43,110 nucleotides of DNA from a virus. Taxonomy: Duplodnaviria; Caudoviricetes. The notes beneath the pieces were generated by a model. That model was not told the DNA's origin. It did not search any database and was given only the letters and a program-made list of their open reading frames with translations. Position 1 is the stretch's first letter. Each line of letters starts with the position of its first letter. Below are positions 27,370 through 35,852 of the stretch, piece by piece. The DNA lies in IMG/VR virus record IMGVR_UViG_3300043117_000136, positions 1 through 43,110 of that record; one strand, 5' to 3'. A program made the position numbers and the translations under genes.

Positions 27370-27696
27370 TCATTCAATTTTAAAGTTTACTCGGTCCCCG
27401 TACTCTCCCTTTTTCCCCTTGTTCCATTGCTGAACAGGCCGGAAAAAGCCAACAACGCGGCTGTACACTTCAGGCGCCTCCTGGCATTTCATCCTAATGC
27501 TTTCAGCCCCACCTGAAGCCAACCGGGCACGCGCTTCTTTCAAGGGCCCATCGGGCAACTCGCCATGTATCAGCCCTTCACATTCAGGATGACAGCAGAG
27601 TTGGTTCTCGATTCCCTTTTCCCGGAAGAATACGGGACGCTGACGGTTGATCAGCTCCCCGCAAACGTCGCAGACATACCCTTTTGTCGTTCTCAT
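27370..27696 (-). CDS. Zn-finger protein with a class III RNR (NrdD) C-terminal glycyl-radical segment
   Basis: EVYSRVVGFFRPVQQWNKGKKGEYGDR matches the NrdD C-terminal consensus; N-terminal CDVC...CCHPEC. Confidence 0.75.
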   Translation of the reverse strand: MRTTKGYVCDVCGELINRQRPVFFREKGIENQLCCHPECEGLIHGELPDGPLKEARARLASGGAESIRMKCQEAPEVYSRVVGFFRPVQQWNKGKKGEYGDRVNFKIE

Positions 27697-27818
27697 TGCT
27701 AACCCCCCTTAGCTTGCAACAATCTCACCCCCTGGCCGTATAACCGCCGCTCCTGCAACCGGGCATAGAACCAACGTATAGCGCGCCCCGCTCTTGATAT
27801 TCTCGCCCAGCTCCACTT

Positions 27819-29164
27819 TTGACGTCCTCCCCTCCCTGAAGGAAGGGGATTCCCGATATTGCTACCAGGAACTTTCTGCTTCACAGAAAACAGCCTATGT
27901 CTCAAAGAGACACGGGGCTTACATTCTCTCCACAGACTGTTGCGGCAAGCCCTGCCGCCAATATGTTTTTGGCCGCGTTTATGTCGCGGTCATGATGGGT
28001 GTTGCACTCAGGACACGTCCACTCTCTTTTGGAAAGTGGCATGGATTCTTCTACGTGTCCGCAGTTCGAGCAACGTTTGCTCGATGGGTACCATCGGTCT
28101 ATCCCTATCAGCTCGCGCCCGTACCAGTGGGCTTTGTACTCAAGCTGTCGCAGAAATTCCGACCAGCTTGCGTCTGATATGGATTTTGATAGATGGCGGT
28201 TTTTCTGCATGTTCTTTACCGACAGTGTTTCAACCGCGATAGCTTGGTTCTCGCGTATCAAGCGGGTTGAAAGCTTATGCAGAAAATCCCTGCGTGTGTC
28301 TGCTATCTTTGCATGTAAACGCGCTACTTTCTTGCGTGCTTTGGCGCGGTTGTTTGAGCCTTTTTGCTTTTTGCTCAGGCGGCGCTGCAGCACACCCAGG
28401 CGCTTTTCATATCTGCGCAGGGTATTGGGTGCGGCAACCTTTTCGCCATTTGAAAGTACGGCGAAATGGCTCAAACCCAGGTCGATACCGACCTTGCTCT
28501 TGACCGCTGGCTTTGGCGCTACGCAGTCCTCGCACAGAAGCGATACGAAGTATCTGCCTGCAGGGTCTTTGCTTACGCTGACGGTAGATACCTTCGCCGC
28601 CTTGGGGATAGTGCGCGACCAGCGGATATTGAGCGGTTCTTTCATCTTTGCAAGATAGAGAACCTTACCGTCCCAGCGAAACGCGCTCGCAGCATAGGTC
28701 GCGCTCTGGCGTCCATGCTTGGACTTGAACGAAGGATACTGCGAGCGTTTTGCAAAGAAGTTATTGAACGCAGTCTGCAGGTGGCGAAGCGCCTGCTGGA
28801 TCGGGACGGAAGACACTTCCCCAAGCCATGTGTACTGCGGATCTTTTTTGAGCGCAGTAAGTAAAGCAGATGTTTCGTGGTATCCAACCTTTTCACTGCG
28901 CTGAAACCATGCGTCAGTACGCACACGCAGCATGTAGTTATACACAAAGCGAGCACACCCGAACGTCTGTGCAAGAACCTGCTCCTGCTCAGACGTGGGA
29001 TAGAATCGAAACTTATATGCTCGCTTGATATTCATAGTTTACATACTAACGTGTTCGCGTGTAAGATGCAAGTATTTAGAACCTCAAAACCAAAGCCATG
29101 ACTGCTGTCGCAGTCAGCACCTTATATCCCCGCCCTGAAGGACCGGGTTTTACGGTGCGGGTGG
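27819..29164 (-). mobile_element. Non-autonomous IS200/IS605-family element (tnpB only)
   Basis: TTAT immediately 5' of the left end (29165-29168); left-end hairpin ~29124-29156; right-end hairpin ending in TCAA (27819-27822); no tnpA. Confidence 0.85.
27902..29035 (-). CDS. tnpB: TnpB RNA-guided nuclease
   Basis: AYKFRFYPT, RuvC-I GIDLG, RuvC-II VETL, Zn finger CSNC...CPEC, RuvC-III DRDINAAKNI. Confidence 0.97.
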   Translation of the reverse strand: MNIKRAYKFRFYPTSEQEQVLAQTFGCARFVYNYMLRVRTDAWFQRSEKVGYHETSALLTALKKDPQYTWLGEVSSVPIQQALRHLQTAFNNFFAKRSQYPSFKSKHGRQSATYAASAFRWDGKVLYLAKMKEPLNIRWSRTIPKAAKVSTVSVSKDPAGRYFVSLLCEDCVAPKPAVKSKVGIDLGLSHFAVLSNGEKVAAPNTLRRYEKRLGVLQRRLSKKQKGSNNRAKARKKVARLHAKIADTRRDFLHKLSTRLIRENQAIAVETLSVKNMQKNRHLSKSISDASWSEFLRQLEYKAHWYGRELIGIDRWYPSSKRCSNCGHVEESMPLSKREWTCPECNTHHDRDINAAKNILAAGLAATVCGENVSPVSL

Positions 29165-29212
29165 ATAAGAAAATATCTTTTTGCTCGGCTGTCAACCCCA
29201 TAGCACCCCCTA

Positions 29213-29500
29213 CTAAAGTTTCACAAGATCATTACAATGAACCAATATCCAGAATCCGGGCCGCCCCTTTTCCGCCAGGCACACAACAGGAGTCTTGCCT
29301 TCCTTCACCGCCAGCTTTTTTGTGTCATCCCACAGCGTGACGGCAGAGTGTTTTTTCCTCCGCTTGGCCTCGATAAACAGCGTTTCGTGGAGCGTATCGC
29401 TCCGGGTCTGCTTCCCGTTCCCCCCTGATAAGGGTGTTCGTTCCGTTCCGAAATAGGCGGCAATGCGCCGTTCGTCCTTTTTCCATGCTTTATCACTCAT
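29213..29500 (-). CDS. PD-(D/E)xK nuclease, Holliday-junction-resolvase-like
   Basis: K..ER..A...SD.....IEAK motif; start at the ATG after AAGGAGG. Confidence 0.7.
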   Translation of the reverse strand: MSDKAWKKDERRIAAYFGTERTPLSGGNGKQTRSDTLHETLFIEAKRRKKHSAVTLWDDTKKLAVKEGKTPVVCLAEKGRPGFWILVHCNDLVKL

Positions 29501-29520
29501 TCGGCCTCCTTCACAAAAGA

Positions 29521-30195
29521 TTAAACCCATTTCCCGGCCTGAAGAATATCCACCAGCTTTTCCCTTTGGGCATTTCTGGCAGTAACATAGGCAGCGTTAC
29601 GGGCAACTGTCCAATAGGGAACCCTAGAAACTTCCCAAGAAAAATCTTGGGTAACATCCCACGAAGCATTAAGGACTGCGCCCAGAGCGAGGGTATGAGC
29701 GGCATCCTGCGAAACCGCACGTGCTGATTCCTCGGCAGATATATAAGCGGCATCCCACGGGGAAGTATGAGTAACATCCATTATGGCTCTAAGAGCAAGC
29801 CTCCAAGCAGAAACACGAGCAATATCCCAAAAGGAGGAACCTGTCATCTCCTCAAAAGCATCCCACACAGCATGCCAAGCTGTGTCATGAACGGCATTTA
29901 ATTCTCTGTCTGTCGCTTGCCCTTCAGCGTATCGCCATGCAACATCTAAAATATCTTTCCCCCGTTCTTTAGTTAACAGATGTTCCACAGGTCGAGCACA
30001 CCACACAGCATATTTTCGCCACAGGTTACTATACTCGGGTACAGTCCTCAGCGTCCATAGTGTGTCATCCAAACCGTTGCTTTCCAGAATAGTTATTAAG
30101 GGCAACATCTCATTATCGGCTTCTGTTTTACCTAGGTACCTCAACAGGTTTTTCCAGTCGGTTGTGGATGGTTGGTGTTCCCTTATCCGGTTCAA
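29521..30195 (-). CDS. Phage protein with periodic Ala/Trp repeats
   Basis: W..LL..LGKT.AD.E.L....IL.SNGLDD.LW.LR N-terminus; AW/AR repeats. Confidence 0.7.
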   Translation of the reverse strand: MNRIREHQPSTTDWKNLLRYLGKTEADNEMLPLITILESNGLDDTLWTLRTVPEYSNLWRKYAVWCARPVEHLLTKERGKDILDVAWRYAEGQATDRELNAVHDTAWHAVWDAFEEMTGSSFWDIARVSAWRLALRAIMDVTHTSPWDAAYISAEESARAVSQDAAHTLALGAVLNASWDVTQDFSWEVSRVPYWTVARNAAYVTARNAQREKLVDILQAGKWV

Positions 30196-30265
30196 TCTTC
30201 GTAGGGCATTTCGTTATGGTAATATTCCCCGAGCATAGCCAGGAACCCCTTGCAGTCTTTGGATG

Positions 30266-30853
30266 TCATGCCGGCGCCCCTATCCTCTTGAGGTCAACAA
30301 TCCCGTCCTCAGTCTCGTTCAGCGTGGTTAAAACCGCAAGAGCCTTTTTTTTGTCGCCAATGGTGAATGTTATCTCGCCGTATATCCCCGGCAGGCTTCC
30401 GAAATGTTTCACCCCTTGCCGGTGAAAAGCTCCGTAGGCTTTGGCGAACTCTTTCACGAACCACTTTTGTTCGCTTTCCACCATCTCCCGGCAGAGCTTT
30501 TGCCATCCTCCGTATATATCGACAATCACCGCCTGTGTTACCGGGTCGTCAAAAACAACATTCTGGTAGGCTCCCCGCTCCCTGATTGCCCGCCAGACTT
30601 TCCCGGACTCTACCAGGCCCTTGTCATCCGCCGAGCCGCCCATGATGTTCTCCAGAAAATCCGCCACGGTGGGCATGGTGGTAAACTTCCGGGAACCGAG
30701 CATCCGCAGGGACGCCTTGTTGATGTCCTCCAATGCACAACGCTTCAGTGCTTCAAATCGCAAAGCAACCCCAGCAGTAGACAACTGCACGCCAAAGTTC
30801 TCCGCTAAACCCTGCATAATCGTTCCAAACCTTCCCTTGTCGCTGTCAGTCAT
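30266..30853 (-). CDS. Replication partner downstream of the initiator (DUF6475-like, possible helicase loader)
   Basis: MPT.AD, G.Y..V.FDDP and GGW..LC motifs; coupled to the initiator. Confidence 0.65.
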   Translation of the reverse strand: MTDSDKGRFGTIMQGLAENFGVQLSTAGVALRFEALKRCALEDINKASLRMLGSRKFTTMPTVADFLENIMGGSADDKGLVESGKVWRAIRERGAYQNVVFDDPVTQAVIVDIYGGWQKLCREMVESEQKWFVKEFAKAYGAFHRQGVKHFGSLPGIYGEITFTIGDKKKALAVLTTLNETEDGIVDLKRIGAPA

Positions 30854-31704
30854 CAGTAATCCCCCTCAACAAACGCCCTGATTGCTTCGGCATTAACCCG
30901 CTCCCGGAAAGACTTCGGCTTTTCGTCCAGCCTGGCCGGGCCGCTCCGCCCGAACTTGCCGGAAACCTCGTTGCGAATCCAGGTGCGGCATGTAGCAACC
31001 CAGTCTAGTTTTTGGTTACCGGCCCCGCGGTGGAAGTCAAGGCATGCCTCAATAAGTTCCACTGTGCGGTTTGGCTGTAGGGGGAAACCTTTTTCGATCA
31101 CCCAGGCGTTTATTCCCTTTACCTGCTCAGGTGTCAACTGCTCAGGAGGAAGGGACTTCACCACCTTTTCTTTTTTGCGCTTTTCGGGCGTGGGGGGAAT
31201 AAAAGGGGGGTTCTTTTCTATTGACGGTTCTATTGGTGGTTCTAATGACGGTTCTAATGACGGTTCAAGGGGGGTTGTCTCAGGGGCCGTTACGGGGTTG
31301 TCTCCGTGGCCGTTACGGGGTTGTCTCCGTGGTTGTACGGGGTTGTCTCCGTTGTTGTTAAGTGGTTGTCTCAGGGGCCGTACAGGGTTGTTTTTGGGGC
31401 TGTACGCCCCCTGGTTTACCCCCCTATTTTCGTGCAATGCAAACGGGTTCACATGGTACAGGTTAGACCTTGATGACCCGTTTTCCCTTTGCCTGCTTTC
31501 TTTCAGCAAAAACCCTTTTTCGACAAGGGTTGAAATGTGGCGGTCAAGCGTTTTTATTGTGATACCGCATTTTTCCGCCACCCGTTTCCTACTCGGCCAG
31601 CATTCCCCGTCATCGTTGGCGTGATCACAAAACACCACTAAAACAAACTTTGTCACAACGGGAAGAGGCACAGCCCACACCGCGCCCATCAATTTAACGC
31701 TCAT
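30853..31704 (-). CDS. Replication initiator (lambda-O-like architecture)
   Basis: N-terminal HTH (D.ANDDG.CWPS...AEKC), central iterons, C-terminal DW.AT.RTWIRNE. Confidence 0.88.
   Translation of the reverse strand: MSVKLMGAVWAVPLPVVTKFVLVVFCDHANDDGECWPSRKRVAEKCGITIKTLDRHISTLVEKGFLLKESRQRENGSSRSNLYHVNPFALHENRGVNQGAYSPKNNPVRPLRQPLNNNGDNPVQPRRQPRNGHGDNPVTAPETTPLEPSLEPSLEPPIEPSIEKNPPFIPPTPEKRKKEKVVKSLPPEQLTPEQVKGINAWVIEKGFPLQPNRTVELIEACLDFHRGAGNQKLDWVATCRTWIRNEVSGKFGRSGPARLDEKPKSFRERVNAEAIRAFVEGDY
31271..31393. repeat. Iterons inside the initiator gene; probable origin
   Basis: GGGGTTGTCTC-type repeats at 31271, 31294, 31317, 31339, 31362 and 31384 (22-23 bp period). Confidence 0.85.
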
Positions 31705-31737
31705 TTTTAATTGCCTCCTAGGTTACATGAAGGGACT

Positions 31738-32058
31738 TCATTTATTCAGAAAAAGGTGTTCATCCGAAAACGCATACCATAACGTCCTGTCGTGGGCGTT
31801 TCTGTTGTAATTCCCTATTATCAGCACACCACGAGTTCTCAGGTGTTTAAGGACGCGCTCAATTTGTCTCCGAGTCCAATAAGGGAAATCTGTTTCAAAG
31901 TCGGCTATGGATTTATTTATCCATGTTCGTCCATCGTGGCAGTTATTGTCATTCGCTTTATTTGTAATCCAAAAAATCATGTGCTTAATAATGATTGCAC
32001 CATCGACACCGTATTCCTCGGCATGCTTTACATCGAAAAAATGGTCCATTGCAAACAC
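31738..32058 (-). CDS. Stand-alone N-terminal domain of a second type of phage initiator
   Basis: H.FD...A..YG...AI......FWI...HDGRTW...FPYW...DRT.WY. Confidence 0.7.
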   Translation of the reverse strand: MFAMDHFFDVKHAEEYGVDGAIIIKHMIFWITNKANDNNCHDGRTWINKSIADFETDFPYWTRRQIERVLKHLRTRGVLIIGNYNRNAHDRTLWYAFSDEHLFLNK

Positions 32059-32078
32059 TCCAAAAAGATTTAAAACCG

Positions 32079-32378
32079 CTAGAAAGGGAGGTCATCATCA
32101 CTGACATCAAAATCCGAGACCCGAACGTGGTAAAGATTTTCGATATTGGCACCGTTTTCGTCAAATTGCAGTTCTTTTGTTAAGAACCCTGTGTTTGCTA
32201 ACTGGGCGATATGCCTATCCACTGTTTTTGGTAATAATCCGCACTTTTTGGCAATCCACTTTCGGGTTACGCAACAATCGCCGTTTTCGTCTGCCGCATA
32301 AAGCAACGCCATCAGAACAAACTTTGTCATAGCAGGAAGGGCTAAATCCCATCCCGCTTTCATCGATTCAGCATTCAT
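32079..32378 (-). CDS. HTH paralogue of the initiator N-terminus, ending in an SSB-like DDDLPF tail
   Basis: Aligns to the N-terminus of 30853-31704; tail aligns to the SSB tail. Confidence 0.8.
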   Translation of the reverse strand: MNAESMKAGWDLALPAMTKFVLMALLYAADENGDCCVTRKWIAKKCGLLPKTVDRHIAQLANTGFLTKELQFDENGANIENLYHVRVSDFDVSDDDLPF

Positions 32379-32394
32379 TCCATTGCCTCCTTGG

Positions 32395-32664
32395 TTAAAA
32401 CGGCATCCGAACCTGGTAAAAGTTTTTGATATTGCCGCCGTTATCGTCGAATTGCAGCTCTTTTGTTAACCAATTAATGTTTACTAGCTGGGCAATACTC
32501 CTATCCACTGTTCCCAGTGTTACCCCACATTTTTCGGCAATCCACTTTCTAGTTACACTGCAATGGCCGCATTCATCCGCAGCATAAAGGAACGCCATCA
32601 GAACAAGCTTTGTTGTGGCGGGAAGTGGCACATCCCACGCTGTGCCCATCAACTCAACGCTCAT
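32395..32664 (-). CDS. HTH paralogue of the initiator N-terminus
   Basis: MSVELMGTAWDVPLPATTKLVL vs MSVKLMGAVWAVPLPVVTKFVL. Confidence 0.8.
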   Translation of the reverse strand: MSVELMGTAWDVPLPATTKLVLMAFLYAADECGHCSVTRKWIAEKCGVTLGTVDRSIAQLVNINWLTKELQFDDNGGNIKNFYQVRMPF

Positions 32665-32692
32665 TTTCCATCGCCTCCCCGGTTAAAAACCG

Positions 32693-33097
32693 TTAAAAGG
32701 GTATGTCATCATCACCGGCATCAAAAGCCGGGTGTTCCTCTCTCTGTTCCTCTCTGTATGCCGGGGCCGCTTGATCACCATTCGGCCAGTCGATCACCTG
32801 AATGTTTTCGGCGACCAACTCAACCGTTACTTTCGCCGCTCCGCTCTTATCTGTCCATTTTCTTGTCTGCTGCCTCCCTACCACAAGCACCCGCGCGCCT
32901 TTTCTTAGATTTCCGTTGGCGAACTCTGCGTTTTTCTCCCAGGCAACAACGTTAAACCATTCGGTTTCCTTCTCTTTACTAGCCAAATAAGAAGAGCATG
33001 CTATGCTAAAATTAGCAACCGCCTTGCCCGATTGTGTGTAACGCAATTCGGGGTCGCGGCCTAGCCTCCCTCCTGCGAAAACCTTGTTGATGTTCAT
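32693..33097 (-). CDS. ssb: Single-stranded DNA-binding protein
   Basis: GRLGRDPELRYT, TEWF.VV.W, DDDIPF tail. Confidence 0.96.
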   Translation of the reverse strand: MNINKVFAGGRLGRDPELRYTQSGKAVANFSIACSSYLASKEKETEWFNVVAWEKNAEFANGNLRKGARVLVVGRQQTRKWTDKSGAAKVTVELVAENIQVIDWPNGDQAAPAYREEQREEHPAFDAGDDDIPF

Positions 33098-33111
33098 ACG
33101 GCCTCCGAGTC

Positions 33112-33241
33112 AAAAAAAGCCCCGAACCGCGCAGGTGCGAGCTACGCGGAACGAGGCCATGTGGAAAACCTATTTTACGCCCTCGCACGGCGTTGTATTT
33201 TTGGGATGTGTTATTATCTGAAAATGAAGGGTAAAAGTCAA
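33112..33241 (-). promoter_or_regulatory. Promoter and attenuator-like leader of the ssb-replication operon
   Basis: TTGACT-17-GATAAT; two hairpins with complementary loops GTGCGAG/CTCGCAC; the second is followed by T7. Confidence 0.6.
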
Positions 33242-33255
33242 GCTTTTATCATCCT

Positions 33256-33618
33256 TTATTTTCCAGGGGTACGGGGTAAAATTCTTTTTCTTGCCAATTT
33301 TTGCATGTCTGCCCACGAGTGCACCCCGAATCGAGTGTACGGCAAGGAAGGCGGTATTTTGTATCTTTTGTACAGTTGAGTAGGGCTTGAAGTATCCAGT
33401 ATTCTTTTGAACAGATATGCGTCGGTGTATTTCTGATGGGGGGAAAGCTTGTTCAATTCCCTTCTGTGCATGGCCTTGAAAAATGCCATCTTTTTAACTT
33501 TTCCATCAAGCCCCATTGCCCGCCAAATGTCAAGCTGCCGCATTCCCCCTTGGGCAAGTTCGCGGATTTTGGCAACAGGCACAGAGACAGGGCCGTCTTT
33601 GCAATTGAATGTGATCAT
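33256..33618 (-). CDS. Hypothetical basic protein (possible DNA binding)
   Basis: 120-aa ORF in the minus-strand operon. Confidence 0.6.
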   Translation of the reverse strand: MITFNCKDGPVSVPVAKIRELAQGGMRQLDIWRAMGLDGKVKKMAFFKAMHRRELNKLSPHQKYTDAYLFKRILDTSSPTQLYKRYKIPPSLPYTRFGVHSWADMQKLARKRILPRTPGK

Positions 33619-33631
33619 TTTGTGGCCTTAT

Positions 33632-34018
33632 TTAAGAGACAATAATATTTGGAGCTGCCATAGTCCCGGCAGTTCTTACCGTTGAGATATGGGAAACCTC
33701 GCCACTTTCCAGCATAGCCAAGGCTTCCTCCCTGGTGTAGGTTTTAACCGCTTTCTTGATGTTCTCCCTTATTTTGTTATACTTGCGTTCGTAGTCGGGT
33801 ATCTCGAAAATCAACCCGCCTTGCCCGACGCGATACGGGCCGAATCTCTTGCAAGAGTCGCACATGATACGTTCCGGGGCTTTGTCGCCTTGCACATATT
33901 TTTTCAGTACATGCACAGGTTTTCCACAGAAACAACACGGAACTATGAATATGCGCGACGATACACTGTTTTTTTCTTTTGGTTTTGTCACCCTTTGCCC
34001 TCCATTGAAACAAATCAT
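33632..34018 (-). CDS. Hypothetical protein with CxxC pairs
   Basis: CCFC...CDSC. Confidence 0.55.
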   Translation of the reverse strand: MICFNGGQRVTKPKEKNSVSSRIFIVPCCFCGKPVHVLKKYVQGDKAPERIMCDSCKRFGPYRVGQGGLIFEIPDYERKYNKIRENIKKAVKTYTREEALAMLESGEVSHISTVRTAGTMAAPNIIVS

Positions 34019-34167
34019 TTATCACATGGTTGCTCTATTTTGACCGTGCGCAAACTCATTGAGTAAAAGTACGGTTTCGCGGGGTCGAGACCTTTGCCGA
34101 CTAAAAGTTTTAATACTTCTGACGGCTTTTGCTTGTATATCTGGTTGATAGGTATGGTAATCTCCAT
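34015..34167 (-). CDS. Hypothetical protein (50 aa, not in the ORF track)
   Basis: MEITIPINQIYKQKPSEVLK...; AAAGGGG RBS; ATGA overlap with the next gene. Confidence 0.55.
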   Translation of the reverse strand: MEITIPINQIYKQKPSEVLKLLVGKGLDPAKPYFYSMSLRTVKIEQPCDK

Positions 34168-34194
34168 AGCAACCCCCTTTCAGACAAAGTGTTT

Positions 34195-34728
34195 TCAGGC
34201 TTCCCACTTCCCGGTATCGTCTTTTTTTAAAGTCTTTTTGAAGCAAACCTTTGCTTTTGTATGGAAAATCACGATACCCTCGGGGTCCATAAACCCAGGG
34301 GCGGCAGTACTCCCAGTCAACCTAAGACTAACCATAACTAGAGACGGGTTAAAGTCATCGAAAAGCCCACGCCACAAAACCGGGACAACATGGCAACATG
34401 CGGGCCGCTCATTTTCCCACCGGGAAGTGTTGAAGAGGGAAAAGCGCCTTTTGCCTTTCGGAAGGCCATAACCGCGTTGGATACCGGAACCCCACCATTC
34501 ACCGAAATGGCGGCCAGCCCCAAGCGTGAGTAGTTCTTCTTTGTGTTCGTGTGCCCATTTGGAGAAACCGAAATTATCGGTTTCCGGCGTAATCCATCGG
34601 GTCCGGGAACCGGTATAAAAACCACCATCTTCAGTAATGAGGATCTGGGCATTAGTTCCATCAATTTTTTCAGTAACAATGACTTCTCGGCTATACCTTC
34701 CCATTTTGGGGAATTCACAAAAATCCAT
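34195..34728 (-). CDS. RNA-ligase-family nucleotidyltransferase (adenylation domain only)
   Basis: Motif I TEKIDGTN, III FGEW, IIIa FSLF, IV EGIV, V FKK. Confidence 0.85.
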   Translation of the reverse strand: MDFCEFPKMGRYSREVIVTEKIDGTNAQILITEDGGFYTGSRTRWITPETDNFGFSKWAHEHKEELLTLGAGRHFGEWWGSGIQRGYGLPKGKRRFSLFNTSRWENERPACCHVVPVLWRGLFDDFNPSLVMVSLRLTGSTAAPGFMDPEGIVIFHTKAKVCFKKTLKKDDTGKWEA

Positions 34729-34733
34729 AAAAG

Positions 34734-35144
34734 TTACTCCTTTTCAGTCTCACAGACGAGGGTGTATTCGGGATTAGGCGTAACGGAAACAAGTTTACAA
34801 TTGCCGAGAATTTCCTTAGGAAATTTCTCTGGTGGGCACTCTAGCCATAAATTAAAATGGAGGGGAAGAGGTAAATCTTCTGGAGGATAATAAACGGCAA
34901 TGACTTTTCCGCAAGCATAAAACTTGTTGCCTAGTGAATCGCTCCAGTTGTATTTGGCCTTAAGGATTTCCCGGGCCTTTTGGAGGTCATCGAAGGAATG
35001 AGTTATAAGCCGGTGTCTTTCGGGAGAGAAGATAAACTCTCCGGGAAGGTTATTATACTCAAGAAGAAAGTGTAATTGTTGGGCATCCTGGAGGGTTTGT
35101 TTTGCTTCTTTGATGATTTCCTCGACTGGTCGGTAAGTTTCCAT
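34734..35144 (-). CDS. Hypothetical protein
   Basis: AAGGAGG RBS; 136 aa. Confidence 0.7.
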   Translation of the reverse strand: METYRPVEEIIKEAKQTLQDAQQLHFLLEYNNLPGEFIFSPERHRLITHSFDDLQKAREILKAKYNWSDSLGNKFYACGKVIAVYYPPEDLPLPLHFNLWLECPPEKFPKEILGNCKLVSVTPNPEYTLVCETEKE

Positions 35145-35206
35145 GGTTTTCCTCCTTGTTTGATAAAAAGTTGAAGATATGTAAGGGACCGATACAAAAA
35201 CCCCCT

Positions 35207-35488
35207 TTATCCTTGTGCCATCAGCAAAGCCAAAGCTTTTTCGCGTAACATCATTGCCACGTTCGCAACGTCCACGCTCTCGTTTGTAATACCTACCAGG
35301 CCAGTGAAATCATTTGCCTCGGCGATCTCAATTTCAGTGAACAGTTCGTTAATTTCCTCTGCCAATTTGCACTTCAGTTCGGCCAGGCTCATTTCCAGCC
35401 AATCGCCTTTGTCTATGTTCTTGGGCAAATTCAGCGTTTCCACCATTTTCCGCCCGAAAAACTTTACCTCATTCTCGCCGCGCATCAT
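35207..35488 (-). CDS. MazG-like nucleotide pyrophosphohydrolase-like protein
   Basis: EE..EL...E.VDVAN.AMM motif. Confidence 0.6.
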   Translation of the reverse strand: MMRGENEVKFFGRKMVETLNLPKNIDKGDWLEMSLAELKCKLAEEINELFTEIEIAEANDFTGLVGITNESVDVANVAMMLREKALALLMAQG

Positions 35489-35489
35489 T

Positions 35490-35852
35490 TCAACACCCCC
35501 TGCCTTCCATCGCTAGTTTAATCACCCGCCGCACTCGCTCAAAATCCCAGCGCGAAAAAAATATTACCCCACTATCATTTTTATTTCGGCAATCCATTTC
35601 ATTGTCTAGCCAGCGCAATACCTCAAGCATTTCAGGTGCAGCGGCAATTAAATTTGCATTGGCTTGGTGCTCTCGGTCTCCTATCTCATAATCTGGGTAT
35701 TTGCAAAAATTTACCAATGCAATGTGTTTTACCGGCAAATTCGGCGTTGCAAATGTGTTTATCGCTGTGCGTACATGGCTTGCATCAGCCACCCACGGGC
35801 CAGGTGTGTGTGCAGGATTTTTTTTAACTGGGTTGTTGCTTTTGTTGTTCAT
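35490..35852 (-). CDS. Conserved-type phage early protein
   Basis: HTPGPW...ANANLIAAAPEML motif. Confidence 0.75.
   Translation of the reverse strand: MNNKSNNPVKKNPAHTPGPWVADASHVRTAINTFATPNLPVKHIALVNFCKYPDYEIGDREHQANANLIAAAPEMLEVLRWLDNEMDCRNKNDSGVIFFSRWDFERVRRVIKLAMEGRGC

Noticed and set aside
27699-27905. 68-aa ORF after tnpB
   Set aside because: Spans the IS right end and flank; a chimeric frame.
29521-30195. Ala/Trp-repeat gene as a further hypervariable target
   Set aside because: No second copy or template and no AAY-type pattern.
34022-34246. 74-aa ORF from the track
   Set aside because: 34015-34167 in another frame has an RBS and an ATGA coupling and fits better.
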